Shown in pieces: positions 39,154-49,155 of a DNA stretch of 64,000 bases. Made by a program: the position numbers and the translations under genes. Source of the stretch: Candidatus Methanomethylicia archaeon (GTDB lineage Archaea > Thermoproteota > Methanomethylicia > Culexarchaeales > Culexarchaeaceae); contig JAVYVS010000002.1 of the NCBI GenBank assembly GCA_038727515.1, positions 64,001-128,000 on the forward strand, given 5' to 3'. Within the stretch, counting starts at the first letter, position 1. Every line of letters begins with the position of its first letter. The notes under the pieces were generated by a model. That model did no database searches and was not told the origin of the DNA. It was given only the letters and a program-made list of their open reading frames with translations.

Positions 39154-40770
39154 TTATTCTAATAGCTTCAATCTTTTCACTATGAATTCTTCATTTAAAC
39201 TTAAAATGAAGGGTGCTAATCTAGGTCCGCTATCCCTCCCCAATATTACCTTATAGAGTATTTGAAATGCTCTTTTAATATCAATACCCATTCTCCTAGC
39301 GTTTTCCACTATTTCTGCTTCAAATTCTTTTGGTGTTGGTTTTCTATTTTCAATCTTTTCTGCTAAGGTTTTTAAGAACTCCCTTTCACTCATACTTATT
39401 GAACTTATTACTTCTACTGGCACTTTATCAACTATCTTTATCTTCATGTTTTCTGGAGCATAATTTTCTATGTAATATTCCGCTCTATCCATTATCATCT
39501 TTATCTTTTCAATTTCCTCTTCACAGGGTTTAGATTTTAGATGTCCAGTTTTCATTAATCTTAATACAACTTCATCCATCCATCTCTCCCCCTTTGGAAC
39601 TATTTGTACTAGTACCATGGCAAATGTATATGGTATTTGTAATGGCATTTCTTTACTTGGATTTTCATTATGTGTTAATTCATAACTTCTTTTAATCATC
39701 ATTTCAATCTTCTTATCCTTTATTGATTCCACACCATAATATATTCTTTCGGCTTTTTCATATTCTTCACATATTTGCGGTATTTTCTCCACTGAAAACT
39801 CTAGGTGCGTCATTGGTTTTGATATATAATACCAGTATTTTAATGCATATGGATCTGCAACTTTATCCCATTCTGCAAAATCAAATGATATACCTCCTGA
39901 ACTTGACATAGCTTCTCCATTTAGGTATACCCATTCATATGGAAATCCTTCTGGAGGTTCTATTCCTAATATCTCCTTTGCAAGTGCAGTACATGTTTCT
40001 CTACTTCCACCTGCAGCCGCATGATCCTTTCCATAGGGTTCAAAGGTTACTTTAAGTACTTTCCATAAAGCTGCCCACTCCAATCTCCATTCCAATTTTC
40101 CCTCATTCATTTTTACAATACCCTTACTCCCACATTTTGGACATTCATATTCAACTTCTTCTCTATCTAAGTCTACTGAAATCGCTTTTGTTGTAGATAT
40201 GTTTTTACATTTTGGGCATAAGGGTTTAAATGGTATCCAATCTTTACCATATTTTTGCCCTCTATACCTATTTAGTATTTCTCTAACTTCATCTCTTTTC
40301 CTTATATACGTTTTTATTGTTTCAATCATATCCCTTGTTTCATATAATTTTGAGGTTTCAATGAATTCAATATCTCCCAATCCATATTTTCCATAGGATT
40401 TATAGAATGGAGTCATCCAATGTTCAACCCAATTCTTACAACATCCTTCTGGGCATGGTACATCCAGTATTCTAGTACCTTTCCATATTTCTTCGAATTC
40501 CTTTGTTATTAATGGTGGTTTTGCTTTTAATGGATCTTGCGTGTATACTACTAGTAGATGTTTAACATTTTCACCCATTTTCCTAAGTCTATTGGCTACT
40601 GCTGCTTGTAGGAATATTTCTCCACGGGTTTTTCCTATATGTATCCTCCCAGAGGCTGCCATTCCACCATTTATCACATGTTCTTCAAGTTTTTTGGATG
40701 CCAATTTTTCCGCTAATACATCTATCCAATGTTTTACCTCAACTTCATGCATTTCTACACACCATTTCAT
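39154..40770 (-). CDS. lysS: Lysine--tRNA ligase, class I
   Basis: HWID, SGRIHIG, GKLEWRLEW, EPYGKDH, AMSSSGG, GPRL. Confidence 0.96.
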   Translation of the reverse strand: MKWCVEMHEVEVKHWIDVLAEKLASKKLEEHVINGGMAASGRIHIGKTRGEIFLQAAVANRLRKMGENVKHLLVVYTQDPLKAKPPLITKEFEEIWKGTRILDVPCPEGCCKNWVEHWMTPFYKSYGKYGLGDIEFIETSKLYETRDMIETIKTYIRKRDEVREILNRYRGQKYGKDWIPFKPLCPKCKNISTTKAISVDLDREEVEYECPKCGSKGIVKMNEGKLEWRLEWAALWKVLKVTFEPYGKDHAAAGGSRETCTALAKEILGIEPPEGFPYEWVYLNGEAMSSSGGISFDFAEWDKVADPYALKYWYYISKPMTHLEFSVEKIPQICEEYEKAERIYYGVESIKDKKIEMMIKRSYELTHNENPSKEMPLQIPYTFAMVLVQIVPKGERWMDEVVLRLMKTGHLKSKPCEEEIEKIKMIMDRAEYYIENYAPENMKIKIVDKVPVEVISSISMSEREFLKTLAEKIENRKPTPKEFEAEIVENARRMGIDIKRAFQILYKVILGRDSGPRLAPFILSLNEEFIVKRLKLLE

Positions 40771-40842
40771 CCTTTTGCCTTATATATTATATATTGGGTT
40801 TCTTATATTTTGTATTGTTATTGGTATTGGTGTGTAAAGTTG

Positions 40843-41403
40843 ATGGATAAATTGAGAAAGTGGGTTGAAGGTCTTCTTAATCCTATAGCTATTTTCCTCC
40901 TTAAGATTAGAATTTCTCCAAATATCCTCACAATTATGGGTTTCTTCTTTGCTTTCCTCTCATCCATCTACATATATTTTGGAAATACATTTTTAGGTGG
41001 TATATTAATTTTGGTTTCAGGTTTCTTTGATGTTATGGATGGATTTTTGGCTAGGGTTGGTGGTTTATCTTCAAAATTGGGTGGATTTCTAGATTCAGTT
41101 TTCGATCGTTTTTCTGATGCATTAATCTTTTCTTCAATAATTTATTCTGGTATGTGTGATTTATTGATTGGTTTATATGTTCTTGTAGGTAGTTTTTTGA
41201 TTAGTTATATTAGGTGTAAAGGTGAATGTCTTAATGTTTATTTGGCTGGAGTTGGTTTAGCTGAACGTTCTGAGAGGCTTTTAATTGTTTCCATTGGATT
41301 ACTATTGAATGAAGTTCAAATATCACTTTATATATTATCTATACTTGTGACTTTTACTATCATTGAGAGGTTTTATAGGGTTGTTAAATCTATTGGTGAT
41401 TGA
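40843..41403 (+). CDS. CDP-alcohol phosphatidyltransferase (archaetidylinositol-phosphate synthase-like)
   Basis: SPNILT, DVMDGFLAR, GGFLDSVFDRFSD, ERSER. Confidence 0.9.
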   Translation: MDKLRKWVEGLLNPIAIFLLKIRISPNILTIMGFFFAFLSSIYIYFGNTFLGGILILVSGFFDVMDGFLARVGGLSSKLGGFLDSVFDRFSDALIFSSIIYSGMCDLLIGLYVLVGSFLISYIRCKGECLNVYLAGVGLAERSERLLIVSIGLLLNEVQISLYILSILVTFTIIERFYRVVKSIGD

Positions 41404-41996
41404 TTTTGAGGAGGATTTTCCTAGTTAAATCCTCCACTGCTTTTACAGCTCCAAAATTTAATCTTAGGTGTATTGCTGGATCTAGTGGTAGACTTGATGT
41501 TATTTGTAGATGTATTTTAAATGCATTTTTCATTGATGAATCTAATTTTAGACGTAATGTTGTTTTCTATGGTGTTCTTGAAGGTCCTCCAGACCCTCCT
41601 AAAACTTTGTGTATTGATGGATTTGAAGTTGAACATATGGTTTTGGATGAAGTTTGGATTGCAAATATGATTTTAGATTTGTTTTCTGGGAAGATTTTTA
41701 AAGGATTTAAAATTTCTAAGATGAGTTTTAGAAGTGTTGTTGAATTTCTTAGAAATTCTGGTGTTAATATTGTTTATATGCATGAAGATGGTATTCCCAT
41801 TGAAAATTATAGTTTTAAATCTGATTTTGATTATTGTTTTATTATTGGTGATCAAATAGGTTTAGATCATCATTCTGAGAAATTTTTAGATTCCATTGGT
41901 GTTATTAGGATTAGTCTTGGAAAAATTCCCTATTTATCAAGTCAATGTATATGGTTGATAAATGCTTTTCTTGATGGATTAAATTTAAATGATTAA
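41400..41996 (+). CDS. trmY: tRNA (pseudouridine54-N1)-methyltransferase
   Basis: AGSSGRLDVICRC, GPPDPPKT, FIIGDQIG, ISLGKIPY..SQCI (SPOUT fold). Confidence 0.88.
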   Translation: MILRRIFLVKSSTAFTAPKFNLRCIAGSSGRLDVICRCILNAFFIDESNFRRNVVFYGVLEGPPDPPKTLCIDGFEVEHMVLDEVWIANMILDLFSGKIFKGFKISKMSFRSVVEFLRNSGVNIVYMHEDGIPIENYSFKSDFDYCFIIGDQIGLDHHSEKFLDSIGVIRISLGKIPYLSSQCIWLINAFLDGLNLND

Positions 41997-42286
41997 GTTT
42001 TTCCTTTAGCTTTTGTAAGTTTTCTTTCTTCTTCTGCTCTTACCTTTACTAAACCTCTATATACTGCACATGATATGCAATATGTCTTTGTAACTGGGTA
42101 TTTTGCTATTATCGTACCCTTTTTCTCTAATTCTTTAGCTAATTGTGGATCTACTGGTGAAACATATGTGGTTATTCTTTTTGCTTTACTTCTCGGTACC
42201 CATGCTCCACAGGAATCGCATTGAACTCTTGATTCTTTACCCTTTTGCCCTTTACCTCTCCCCCTAGACTTCCTCTTCTTAGGCAA
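41993..42286 (-). CDS. rps26e: 30S ribosomal protein S26e
   Basis: MPKKRKSRGR, CDSCG..VPRSKA, YCISCAVYRG.VKVR. Confidence 0.96.
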   Translation of the reverse strand: MPKKRKSRGRGKGQKGKESRVQCDSCGAWVPRSKAKRITTYVSPVDPQLAKELEKKGTIIAKYPVTKTYCISCAVYRGLVKVRAEEERKLTKAKGKT

Positions 42287-42428
42287 ATTTCACACCGTCC
42301 CTTTCCGTCCATACATATGGTTTTACATCTTAATATGTTTTTGCTAATTTATTAATTAATAATTTCTTGTATTTTGAATAAACCTTAAAACTTATAAATT
42401 ATTACAATTATATGCGTTTATTGAGTGT

Positions 42429-42770
42429 GTGGTGGCTCTTTTGTGGTCTGAACTATTATATTCTCCAGTAATAGTTTTCATATTGATACTGATTTTAATG
42501 TATATTTCCTTTATATATTTGAAGAGGATTGGTATTAAGCCTAGGGGTAGTGAATTAAGTTTAGAACCTTATGCATGTGGTGAAGGTACTGATAGATTCC
42601 CCCCTGAAAAAGTTCAACTTAATGTTCAGTTATATAGATATGCTCTGTATTTTACAATATTTGATGTTGCAGCTTTCATTTTGCTATTATCTTTCAATGC
42701 AAATATTGTTTATGTTTTAGTTTATGTAGGGATCATATTATCTGCAATATTTTTCCTCCCTAAGAGGTGA
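42429..42770 (+). CDS. NuoA-like membrane subunit
   Basis: PYACGE loop, YALYFTIFDV, 3 TM. Confidence 0.8.
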   Translation: MVALLWSELLYSPVIVFILILILMYISFIYLKRIGIKPRGSELSLEPYACGEGTDRFPPEKVQLNVQLYRYALYFTIFDVAAFILLLSFNANIVYVLVYVGIILSAIFFLPKR

Positions 42771-42774
42771 TTTT

Positions 42775-43200
42775 ATGGTTTCAATTGTAACTTGGTCTAG
42801 GGTTAGGAGTCCATGGATATTGTATATGTGTACTGGTGCATGTAATGCATGTGATATTGAAGTTTTAGCTGCTTTAGCTCCTAAGTATGATGTTGAACGT
42901 TTTGGAATTCTACTTAAGGGTAGTCCTAGACATGCTGATGTTCTAGTGGTTACTGGTGCAGTTACTAGGCAAGTTGCCCCTAGACTTAAAAGGATATATG
43001 AGCAAATGCCTGATCCAAAATTTGTTATTGCTGCTGGTACATGTGCAACTTCAGGTGGAGTTTATTGGGGTTGTTATAATGTTCTTGGTGGTGTTGATAA
43101 GGTTATTCCTGTGAGTATGTATATTCCAGGTTGTCCCGTCAGACCTGAAGCTGTTATTGATGGTGTTGCAAAACTCATATCTAAACTTTTATCTGGTTAA
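42775..43200 (+). CDS. Group 4 [NiFe]-hydrogenase small subunit (NuoB-like)
   Basis: GACNACDIE, SPRHADVL, GTCATSGG, PGCPVRPE. Confidence 0.93.
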   Translation: MVSIVTWSRVRSPWILYMCTGACNACDIEVLAALAPKYDVERFGILLKGSPRHADVLVVTGAVTRQVAPRLKRIYEQMPDPKFVIAAGTCATSGGVYWGCYNVLGGVDKVIPVSMYIPGCPVRPEAVIDGVAKLISKLLSG

Positions 43201-43215
43201 TGGAGGTTAAGTATC

Positions 43216-43677
43216 ATGTCGAGTTTTGATGTAAATTTTATTCTTAAAGATATTTCAAATGCATTTCCAAATAGGATTTTAGATTATAGATTTGATGGTC
43301 CTAGGAGTGTATTTATGAGTGTTGATCCAAGTGCTTTACATGATGTTATTAAGTATTTAAAGGATAAATATGATTTAAGGCATATTGTAACTATAACTGG
43401 GACTGATCTTGGTGATTCCATTGAATTAATCTATCATCTATCTCCTTTAAATCGTAGAATTCTTGTTAATATTAAAGTTAAGATTCCTAGGGATAATCCA
43501 CATTTCCCATCTATCGTTTCAATACTTCCTGGAGCCATTTTATATGAGAGAGAGGTTCATGATCTTTTGGGGGTTGTTTTTGATGGCCATCCATCTCTTG
43601 AAAGACTTATCCTACCTGATGATTGGCCTGATGGTGTTTATCCCCTTAGGAAAGATTGGAAGGTGGAGGTGAAGTAG
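43216..43677 (+). CDS. NuoC-like subunit
   Basis: ITGTD, YEREVHDLLG..FDGHP, YPLRKD. Confidence 0.92.
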   Translation: MSSFDVNFILKDISNAFPNRILDYRFDGPRSVFMSVDPSALHDVIKYLKDKYDLRHIVTITGTDLGDSIELIYHLSPLNRRILVNIKVKIPRDNPHFPSIVSILPGAILYEREVHDLLGVVFDGHPSLERLILPDDWPDGVYPLRKDWKVEVK

Positions 43678-43678
43678 T

Positions 43679-44854
43679 TTGAGTTATTATACTATTCCAA
43701 TAGGACCTCAGCATCCAGCTATTAAAGAAGCTTTTCAATTCAACTTTGTTTTAGATGGTGAAGTTATTGTTGATGTTAAACCTAGATTTGGATTTGTTCA
43801 TAGAGGTATTGAGAAGGCTATGGAGCTTAGAACTTGGGTTCAAGGTATATTCTTGGCTGAACGTATATGTGGTATATGTAATGTTCCACATACAACATGC
43901 TATTGTCTTGCTGTGGAAAAGGTTTATGGTATAGATGTTCCTGAACGTGCTAAGTATCTTAGGATCATAATTAATGAGTTAAATAGGATTCATAGCCATC
44001 TATTGTGGATTGGGGTTTTAGGTATGGAGTTAGGTTTCCATACTGTGTTTATGTATGTTTGGAGGGATAGGGAGAGAGTTATGGATCTCGTTGAAATGAT
44101 TAGTGGTAATAGAGTTACTCCATCTATGAATTGTATTGGTGGAGTTGTTTATGATATTACCCCTGAAATGGAGCCAATTATTAAGAGGAATCTAGATTAT
44201 CTTGAGGAGAGAACTAAGTATTATAAGAAGGTGCTCATGGAAGATCCTAGTTTAAAGGCTAGAACTGAAGGTGTAGGTGTTTTAAGTAAGGATAAAGCTT
44301 TAGATCTATGTGCAGTAGGTCCTACTGCTAGAGCTTCTGATGTTAAGAGTGATGTTAGATTTGATGATCCATATACATTGTATGATGAAATAGATTTCAA
44401 TATGGTGACTTATTCAACATGTGATGTTTGGGGTAGAGCTATGGTTAGGGTTGATGAAACTATTGAATCTATAAAAGCTATTAGGCATGCACTTGAGAAG
44501 ATGCGTCCAGGGCCAATAAATGTTAAGGTTAAACGTATTCCACCTATTGGTGAAGCTACTGCTAGAGTTGAAGCTCCTAGAGGTGAACTTCTACACTATG
44601 TTAAATCTGATGGCAAAGAGGTTCCATATAGAGCTAAAATGAGGACTCCAACATTAGCCAATATACCAGCATTATGTGAAATGTTAAAGGGGCATTATAT
44701 TGCTGATATACCTGCTATTGTTGCTAGTATTGATCCATGTTATTGTTGTACTGAGAGGTTAATGTTCACAGATATTGGGAATGGTAAAAGTTGGATCTGG
44801 AGTTATGATGAACTTAGAAGGTATAGTCTTAAATATTATGGTTTGGGGGTGTAA
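43679..44854 (+). CDS. Group 4 [NiFe]-hydrogenase large subunit (NuoD-like)
   Basis: GPQHP, HRGIEK, L1 ERICGIC, EAPRGE, RTPT, L2 DPCYCCTER plus a ~30-aa extension. Confidence 0.93.
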   Translation: MSYYTIPIGPQHPAIKEAFQFNFVLDGEVIVDVKPRFGFVHRGIEKAMELRTWVQGIFLAERICGICNVPHTTCYCLAVEKVYGIDVPERAKYLRIIINELNRIHSHLLWIGVLGMELGFHTVFMYVWRDRERVMDLVEMISGNRVTPSMNCIGGVVYDITPEMEPIIKRNLDYLEERTKYYKKVLMEDPSLKARTEGVGVLSKDKALDLCAVGPTARASDVKSDVRFDDPYTLYDEIDFNMVTYSTCDVWGRAMVRVDETIESIKAIRHALEKMRPGPINVKVKRIPPIGEATARVEAPRGELLHYVKSDGKEVPYRAKMRTPTLANIPALCEMLKGHYIADIPAIVASIDPCYCCTERLMFTDIGNGKSWIWSYDELRRYSLKYYGLGV

Positions 44855-45816
44855 TGATGGATCCATTAATATTTATTCTTAGAATCTTAATATTTCCTGG
44901 TATACTCTTCCTACTATTTCTAGCATTTATATTTGAGTGGGTTGATAGAAAGGCTTATGCTAGATTTCAAAATAGGATTGGCCCCCTATATGCTGGCCCT
45001 AGTGGAATCCTTCAACCATTAGCTGATTTCATTAAGCTTATGGCTAAAGAGGATATAACCCCAAAATATGTTGATTCCATCTTCTTCAATAACATTCCAA
45101 TACTTGCAGTTGTTATACCATTATTTGCATCTCTATATATACCATTAGATGGTTCTCCAATTTTAATTCCCTTTGAAGGTGATATCGTCCTACTACTAAC
45201 TTTAATGACTATTTACACTATTTTTGTATTCATTGCTGGTTGGGCATCAACCAATAGGTTTAGTATTGTTGGTGCCACTAGAGCTATTCTACAATTTTTA
45301 GCTTATGAAATTCCAATGTTTATTTCAGCAGCTTCCGTTGTTATGTATGTTGGATCTACTTCTGTAACAATTATATCTCAAAATCAATTGATACCTTTAG
45401 CTTTACTTCAACCAATAGGATTCATAGTCTTTATTACAGCTCTTCAAGCAGAACTTGAACGTATACCCTTCGATATCCCTGAAGCTGAAAGTGAAATTGT
45501 TGCTGGATGGCTTACTGAGTATTGTGGTCCAAAACTTGCTTTCCTAAGACTTGCTGAAGATTTAAAGCTAGTCTTTGGATCTGCTTTAGCTACCGCATTA
45601 TTTCTAGGTGGTGGAAGCGGCCCTATACTTCCACCTATCGTCTGGTTTATTTTAAAGATGCTCTTCATAGTATTACTAAGCTCTTATATTAGATCTTTAT
45701 TTGCTAGGTTGAGGATTGATCAAATGGTTTCAGGTTGTTGGAGGATTTTAATTCCATTATCAATTCTACAATTTGTTTTAAGTAGGTTTTTGGGGGTTGG
45801 TTTTAGATGGCTATGA
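44854..45816 (+). CDS. NuoH-like membrane subunit
   Basis: DRKAYARFQNRIGP, QPLADFIKL, RIPFDIPEAESEIVAG..TEY, ARLRIDQ. Confidence 0.93.
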   Translation: MMDPLIFILRILIFPGILFLLFLAFIFEWVDRKAYARFQNRIGPLYAGPSGILQPLADFIKLMAKEDITPKYVDSIFFNNIPILAVVIPLFASLYIPLDGSPILIPFEGDIVLLLTLMTIYTIFVFIAGWASTNRFSIVGATRAILQFLAYEIPMFISAASVVMYVGSTSVTIISQNQLIPLALLQPIGFIVFITALQAELERIPFDIPEAESEIVAGWLTEYCGPKLAFLRLAEDLKLVFGSALATALFLGGGSGPILPPIVWFILKMLFIVLLSSYIRSLFARLRIDQMVSGCWRILIPLSILQFVLSRFLGVGFRWL

Positions 45817-46163
45817 TACGTGAAGTATTTAAACACCTATTTAAACGACCAGTTACAGTTAAATATCCATTTGAGAGAACTCCTACTGCTGAGAGGTATA
45901 GGGGGAAGCATATATTCTATATTGATAGATGTGTTGGTTGTGGATTATGCGCCCGTGAATGTCCAGCTATGGCTATTGAACTAATTTCCTCAGATAAGAC
46001 CATTAATGGTAGAAGACCAATATTCTATTTGGATAGATGTATATTTTGTATGCAGTGTGAAAGGATATGTCCCAGGGCAGCTATACATTTAACACAATTC
46101 TATGAATTGGCTTCCCATGATCGTAAGTTGCTTGTACATAGTGAAGAAAAGGTTAGTTCTTGA
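45807..46163 (+). CDS. NuoI-like 2[4Fe-4S] subunit
   Basis: TVKYP, CVGCGLCARECP, CIFCMQCERICP. Confidence 0.93.
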   Translation: MAMIREVFKHLFKRPVTVKYPFERTPTAERYRGKHIFYIDRCVGCGLCARECPAMAIELISSDKTINGRRPIFYLDRCIFCMQCERICPRAAIHLTQFYELASHDRKLLVHSEEKVSS

Positions 46164-46258
46164 AAATCAACGTTTTTTATCTTCCAATTATTTGTGTTTT
46201 AATAATTTGAGGCAATAAATTTAAGCTTCTAAGAATAGATGATAGTTAGCTGAGTAAA

Positions 46259-47521
46259 ATGAAGGTTTATGCAGATTTACATTTACATTCAAAGTATAGT
46301 GGTGGTTCTAGTGTTCAAATGAATATTCCAACATTGGTTTCATATGCTTTAATTAAAGGTTTAAATCTTCTTGGTACTGGTGATTGTCTACATCCAAGTT
46401 GGCTTAGAGAATTGAAAAACGATCTTGTACATGCTGGTGGAGGATTCTATCATTATAGGCTTAATTCCAACGTTTTCTTTATTGTTAATTGTGAAGTTGG
46501 TACGGTTTTCGAATTTGGAGGTAAATCTAGAAGGGTTCATCATGTTATTTTAATGCCTAGTTTAGAGGTTGCTGAACAACTTTCCGATGTTTTATCACGT
46601 TATGGTGATGTAATTTCCAATGGGCGTCCAATATTTAATATGCATCCATCAGAACTTGTCGATATAGTTTTTAGTATTGAATCCTCTTGTTTCATATTTC
46701 CAGCTCATATATGGACTCCTTGGTGGAGTATGTTTGGATCTTTTAGTGGTGTTGATAATGTTAAGGATTGTTATGGTGATAGAATTGATAAGATTTATGC
46801 TATTGAAACTGGTTTGAGTAGTGATCCAGAGATGAATTGGCGTGTAAGTCAATTGGATAGATTTTCAATTCTTAGCTTCTCAGATTCTCATTCACCATAT
46901 CCATTTAGACTTGGTAGAGAAGCTTGTTTATTCGATCTTAATGATATGAATTATAGAGAACTTATAGAAGCTATTAAATTTAGGGAGAAGGGTAAGTTCT
47001 TAATGACTATAGAAGTTGATCCAGCTTATGGTAAATATCATTGGTCTGGTCATAGGAATTGTAATGTTGGGCCTATCCCTCCTGAAGAAGCTAGAAAAAT
47101 GAATTATAAATGCCCAGTTTGTGGGAAAAAACTTACTAAGGGTGTTGATGATAGAGTTGAAGAACTTGCTGATAGAAGTAGAGGATTTAGACCTAAAAGT
47201 TATATACCCTTCATAAAGGTTTTACCATTACAAACTATAATAGCTTTCAGTATGGGTGTTAGTGAAGATGATTTTTCTAAATTTAATAGTGGTAGAATTT
47301 GGGATATATATTCCAATCTAGTTTCTAAATTTGGTTCTGAATTTAATGTTTTATTGAATGCTCCAATAAATGAGATTGCAAAAATATCTTCTCAAACAAT
47401 TGCATCTTACATTAAATGTATGAGGGAAGGTAAATATTCAATTACACCTGGTTTTGATGGTGTTTATGGCAAGATAAGTACATTTGGTTTGAAAATGGAT
47501 TTAAGAAACTTTATAACCTAA
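46259..47521 (+). CDS. endoQ: Endonuclease Q family (PHP domain + Zn finger)
   Basis: DLHLHSKYS, GTGD, PAHIWTPW, ETGLSSD, SDSHS, GKYH, CPVCG, PGFDGVYG. Confidence 0.88.
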   Translation: MKVYADLHLHSKYSGGSSVQMNIPTLVSYALIKGLNLLGTGDCLHPSWLRELKNDLVHAGGGFYHYRLNSNVFFIVNCEVGTVFEFGGKSRRVHHVILMPSLEVAEQLSDVLSRYGDVISNGRPIFNMHPSELVDIVFSIESSCFIFPAHIWTPWWSMFGSFSGVDNVKDCYGDRIDKIYAIETGLSSDPEMNWRVSQLDRFSILSFSDSHSPYPFRLGREACLFDLNDMNYRELIEAIKFREKGKFLMTIEVDPAYGKYHWSGHRNCNVGPIPPEEARKMNYKCPVCGKKLTKGVDDRVEELADRSRGFRPKSYIPFIKVLPLQTIIAFSMGVSEDDFSKFNSGRIWDIYSNLVSKFGSEFNVLLNAPINEIAKISSQTIASYIKCMREGKYSITPGFDGVYGKISTFGLKMDLRNFIT

Positions 47522-47522
47522 A

Positions 47523-48197
47523 TCAACCTTTACCCTTCTCTATCAACAATTCCTTCCATCTACCTTTAATTATCATTATTATAAGCCCCCTCGGGCCTTC
47601 TCTATCAAGTATATCTGCAACCTTTATCCAATCTATTTTCAATATGCTTAATGTTGTTATTGTTAGTATTATCAATGAAATCAATATTCCATATATATTT
47701 TCTTCACCGAAAACTATGTTTAAGTATTCCGTAAAGTATTTTCCAGTTAATGCTACTACTGTACTTAATATGATCTTTCCTAGCGTTGTAGCTATGAAGA
47801 ATTTTATGAAGCTATATTTTATGAGTCCTAGTGGTATTATCACTACATCATCTGGTGATGGCGTTACTGTTACGAAGAATACTGCTATCGCTCCATACTT
47901 ACCCAATAATTCTTTAAATTTCTCTATTTGCTTTCTCTTTTCTTCACTTGTAATTAATTTACTTCCTTCAAATCCCAACATATATACTACGCTTTTTCCA
48001 ATTGCTCCACCAAAGCCACTCACAATTCCAAGTATTATTGGGTCTACTTGTAGGTATCCTGCCATATAATATATTGCCAATAAGTAGGGTATTGGTAGAA
48101 ATGGTATAAAATTTCCAAGTATAGATACAATTAAAGCTCCAATATATCCATAGTTTAAGGCTATCTTCATCATTAAGTCAGAGATCCATTCAAACAA
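47523..48197 (-). CDS. DedA/VTT-domain membrane protein
   Basis: GNFIPFLPIPY, GGAIG, TPSPDDVVIIPLG. Confidence 0.8.
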   Translation of the reverse strand: MFEWISDLMMKIALNYGYIGALIVSILGNFIPFLPIPYLLAIYYMAGYLQVDPIILGIVSGFGGAIGKSVVYMLGFEGSKLITSEEKRKQIEKFKELLGKYGAIAVFFVTVTPSPDDVVIIPLGLIKYSFIKFFIATTLGKIILSTVVALTGKYFTEYLNIVFGEENIYGILISLIILTITTLSILKIDWIKVADILDREGPRGLIIMIIKGRWKELLIEKGKG

Positions 48198-48300
48198 TCC
48201 TCTTCACTTACCTTTTATTTCTACATGTTAATAATGTTTGTTTTTTGGAAAGCTTTAAAACTTATTAATTATAAATTGCATAATAGTTTGTTGTTGTGAG

Positions 48301-48558
48301 GTGAAGTTGTTGAGCTTTAATTTTGTTAGTTTGATTTTAGGTGTTTCCATAGTGGCTTTAGCAGTTTTAAGTTTGGAATTTAAGAAGATTATGCATTCAA
48401 TCATAACTTTATGTGGTTTTAGTATTGTTTTGGCTATTGCATTCTTCTATTTATCTGCACCATTGGTTGGAGTATTTCAATTGGCTGTTTTAGCTGGTGC
48501 AGTTACAGTATTGTTTCTAGTTGCTTTAATGTTGACTGGTAAAGTGGAGGTGGATTAA
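48301..48558 (+). CDS. NuoJ N-terminal-like membrane subunit
   Basis: 3 TM; LSAPLVGVFQLAVLAGAVTVLFL. Confidence 0.8.
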   Translation: MKLLSFNFVSLILGVSIVALAVLSLEFKKIMHSIITLCGFSIVLAIAFFYLSAPLVGVFQLAVLAGAVTVLFLVALMLTGKVEVD

Positions 48559-48559
48559 C

Positions 48560-48838
48560 TTGAAGTTTAGTGAATTGATTGGAACTATGTTGGGTTTAGC
48601 TTTAGCCTTTATACTCACGCAACTCTTAGTTTATGGTGTTTCTAATGTTGGTTTATTTGCTTATGATAATGCTCCATTAACTATTCTAAAGCCTGATTAC
48701 TCCTTCCATAATCTGGGTGTTTATATAAGTGAACTTTTATGGGTTGATTGCAGTTTTGATGTAATAGCTCAAGCCATACTCATATTTGCTTCAGCCATAG
48801 GTGTTATTGCACTTTTACGTGAGGAGGTGAAGCATTAA
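48560..48838 (+). CDS. NuoJ C-terminal/MbhE-like small membrane subunit
   Basis: LW..CSFDVIAQAILIFASAIGVIALLR. Confidence 0.65.
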   Translation: MKFSELIGTMLGLALAFILTQLLVYGVSNVGLFAYDNAPLTILKPDYSFHNLGVYISELLWVDCSFDVIAQAILIFASAIGVIALLREEVKH

Positions 48839-49155
48839 TGTCCACTGAACCATACACATTCATAGCTGTTTCAGGAGTTTTATTTTGTATTGGCATGTAC
48901 GGCCTTATGACTAAACGTAATATGATTAAAATGGTTATTTCACTTGAGATAATGTTTAGTTCAGCTATATTGAATTTAGTGAATTTTTCATATTTTAGAA
49001 TTTTTGGATTTATAGACCCAATGGCTCACGTTGTAGCTATAATTGCTATTTCTGTTGAAGCCTGTTTAATAGGTGTTGCTTTAGCATTTGTTATAAATGC
49101 TTATAAACATTATAAGACATTGGACATTAGAGAGTTGAGGAGGTTGAGGTGGTAG
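48838..49155 (+). CDS. NuoK/MrpC-like subunit
   Basis: IGMYGL..KRNMIKMVISLEIM, EA..GVAL, TLDIRELRRLR. Confidence 0.9.
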   Translation: MSTEPYTFIAVSGVLFCIGMYGLMTKRNMIKMVISLEIMFSSAILNLVNFSYFRIFGFIDPMAHVVAIIAISVEACLIGVALAFVINAYKHYKTLDIRELRRLRW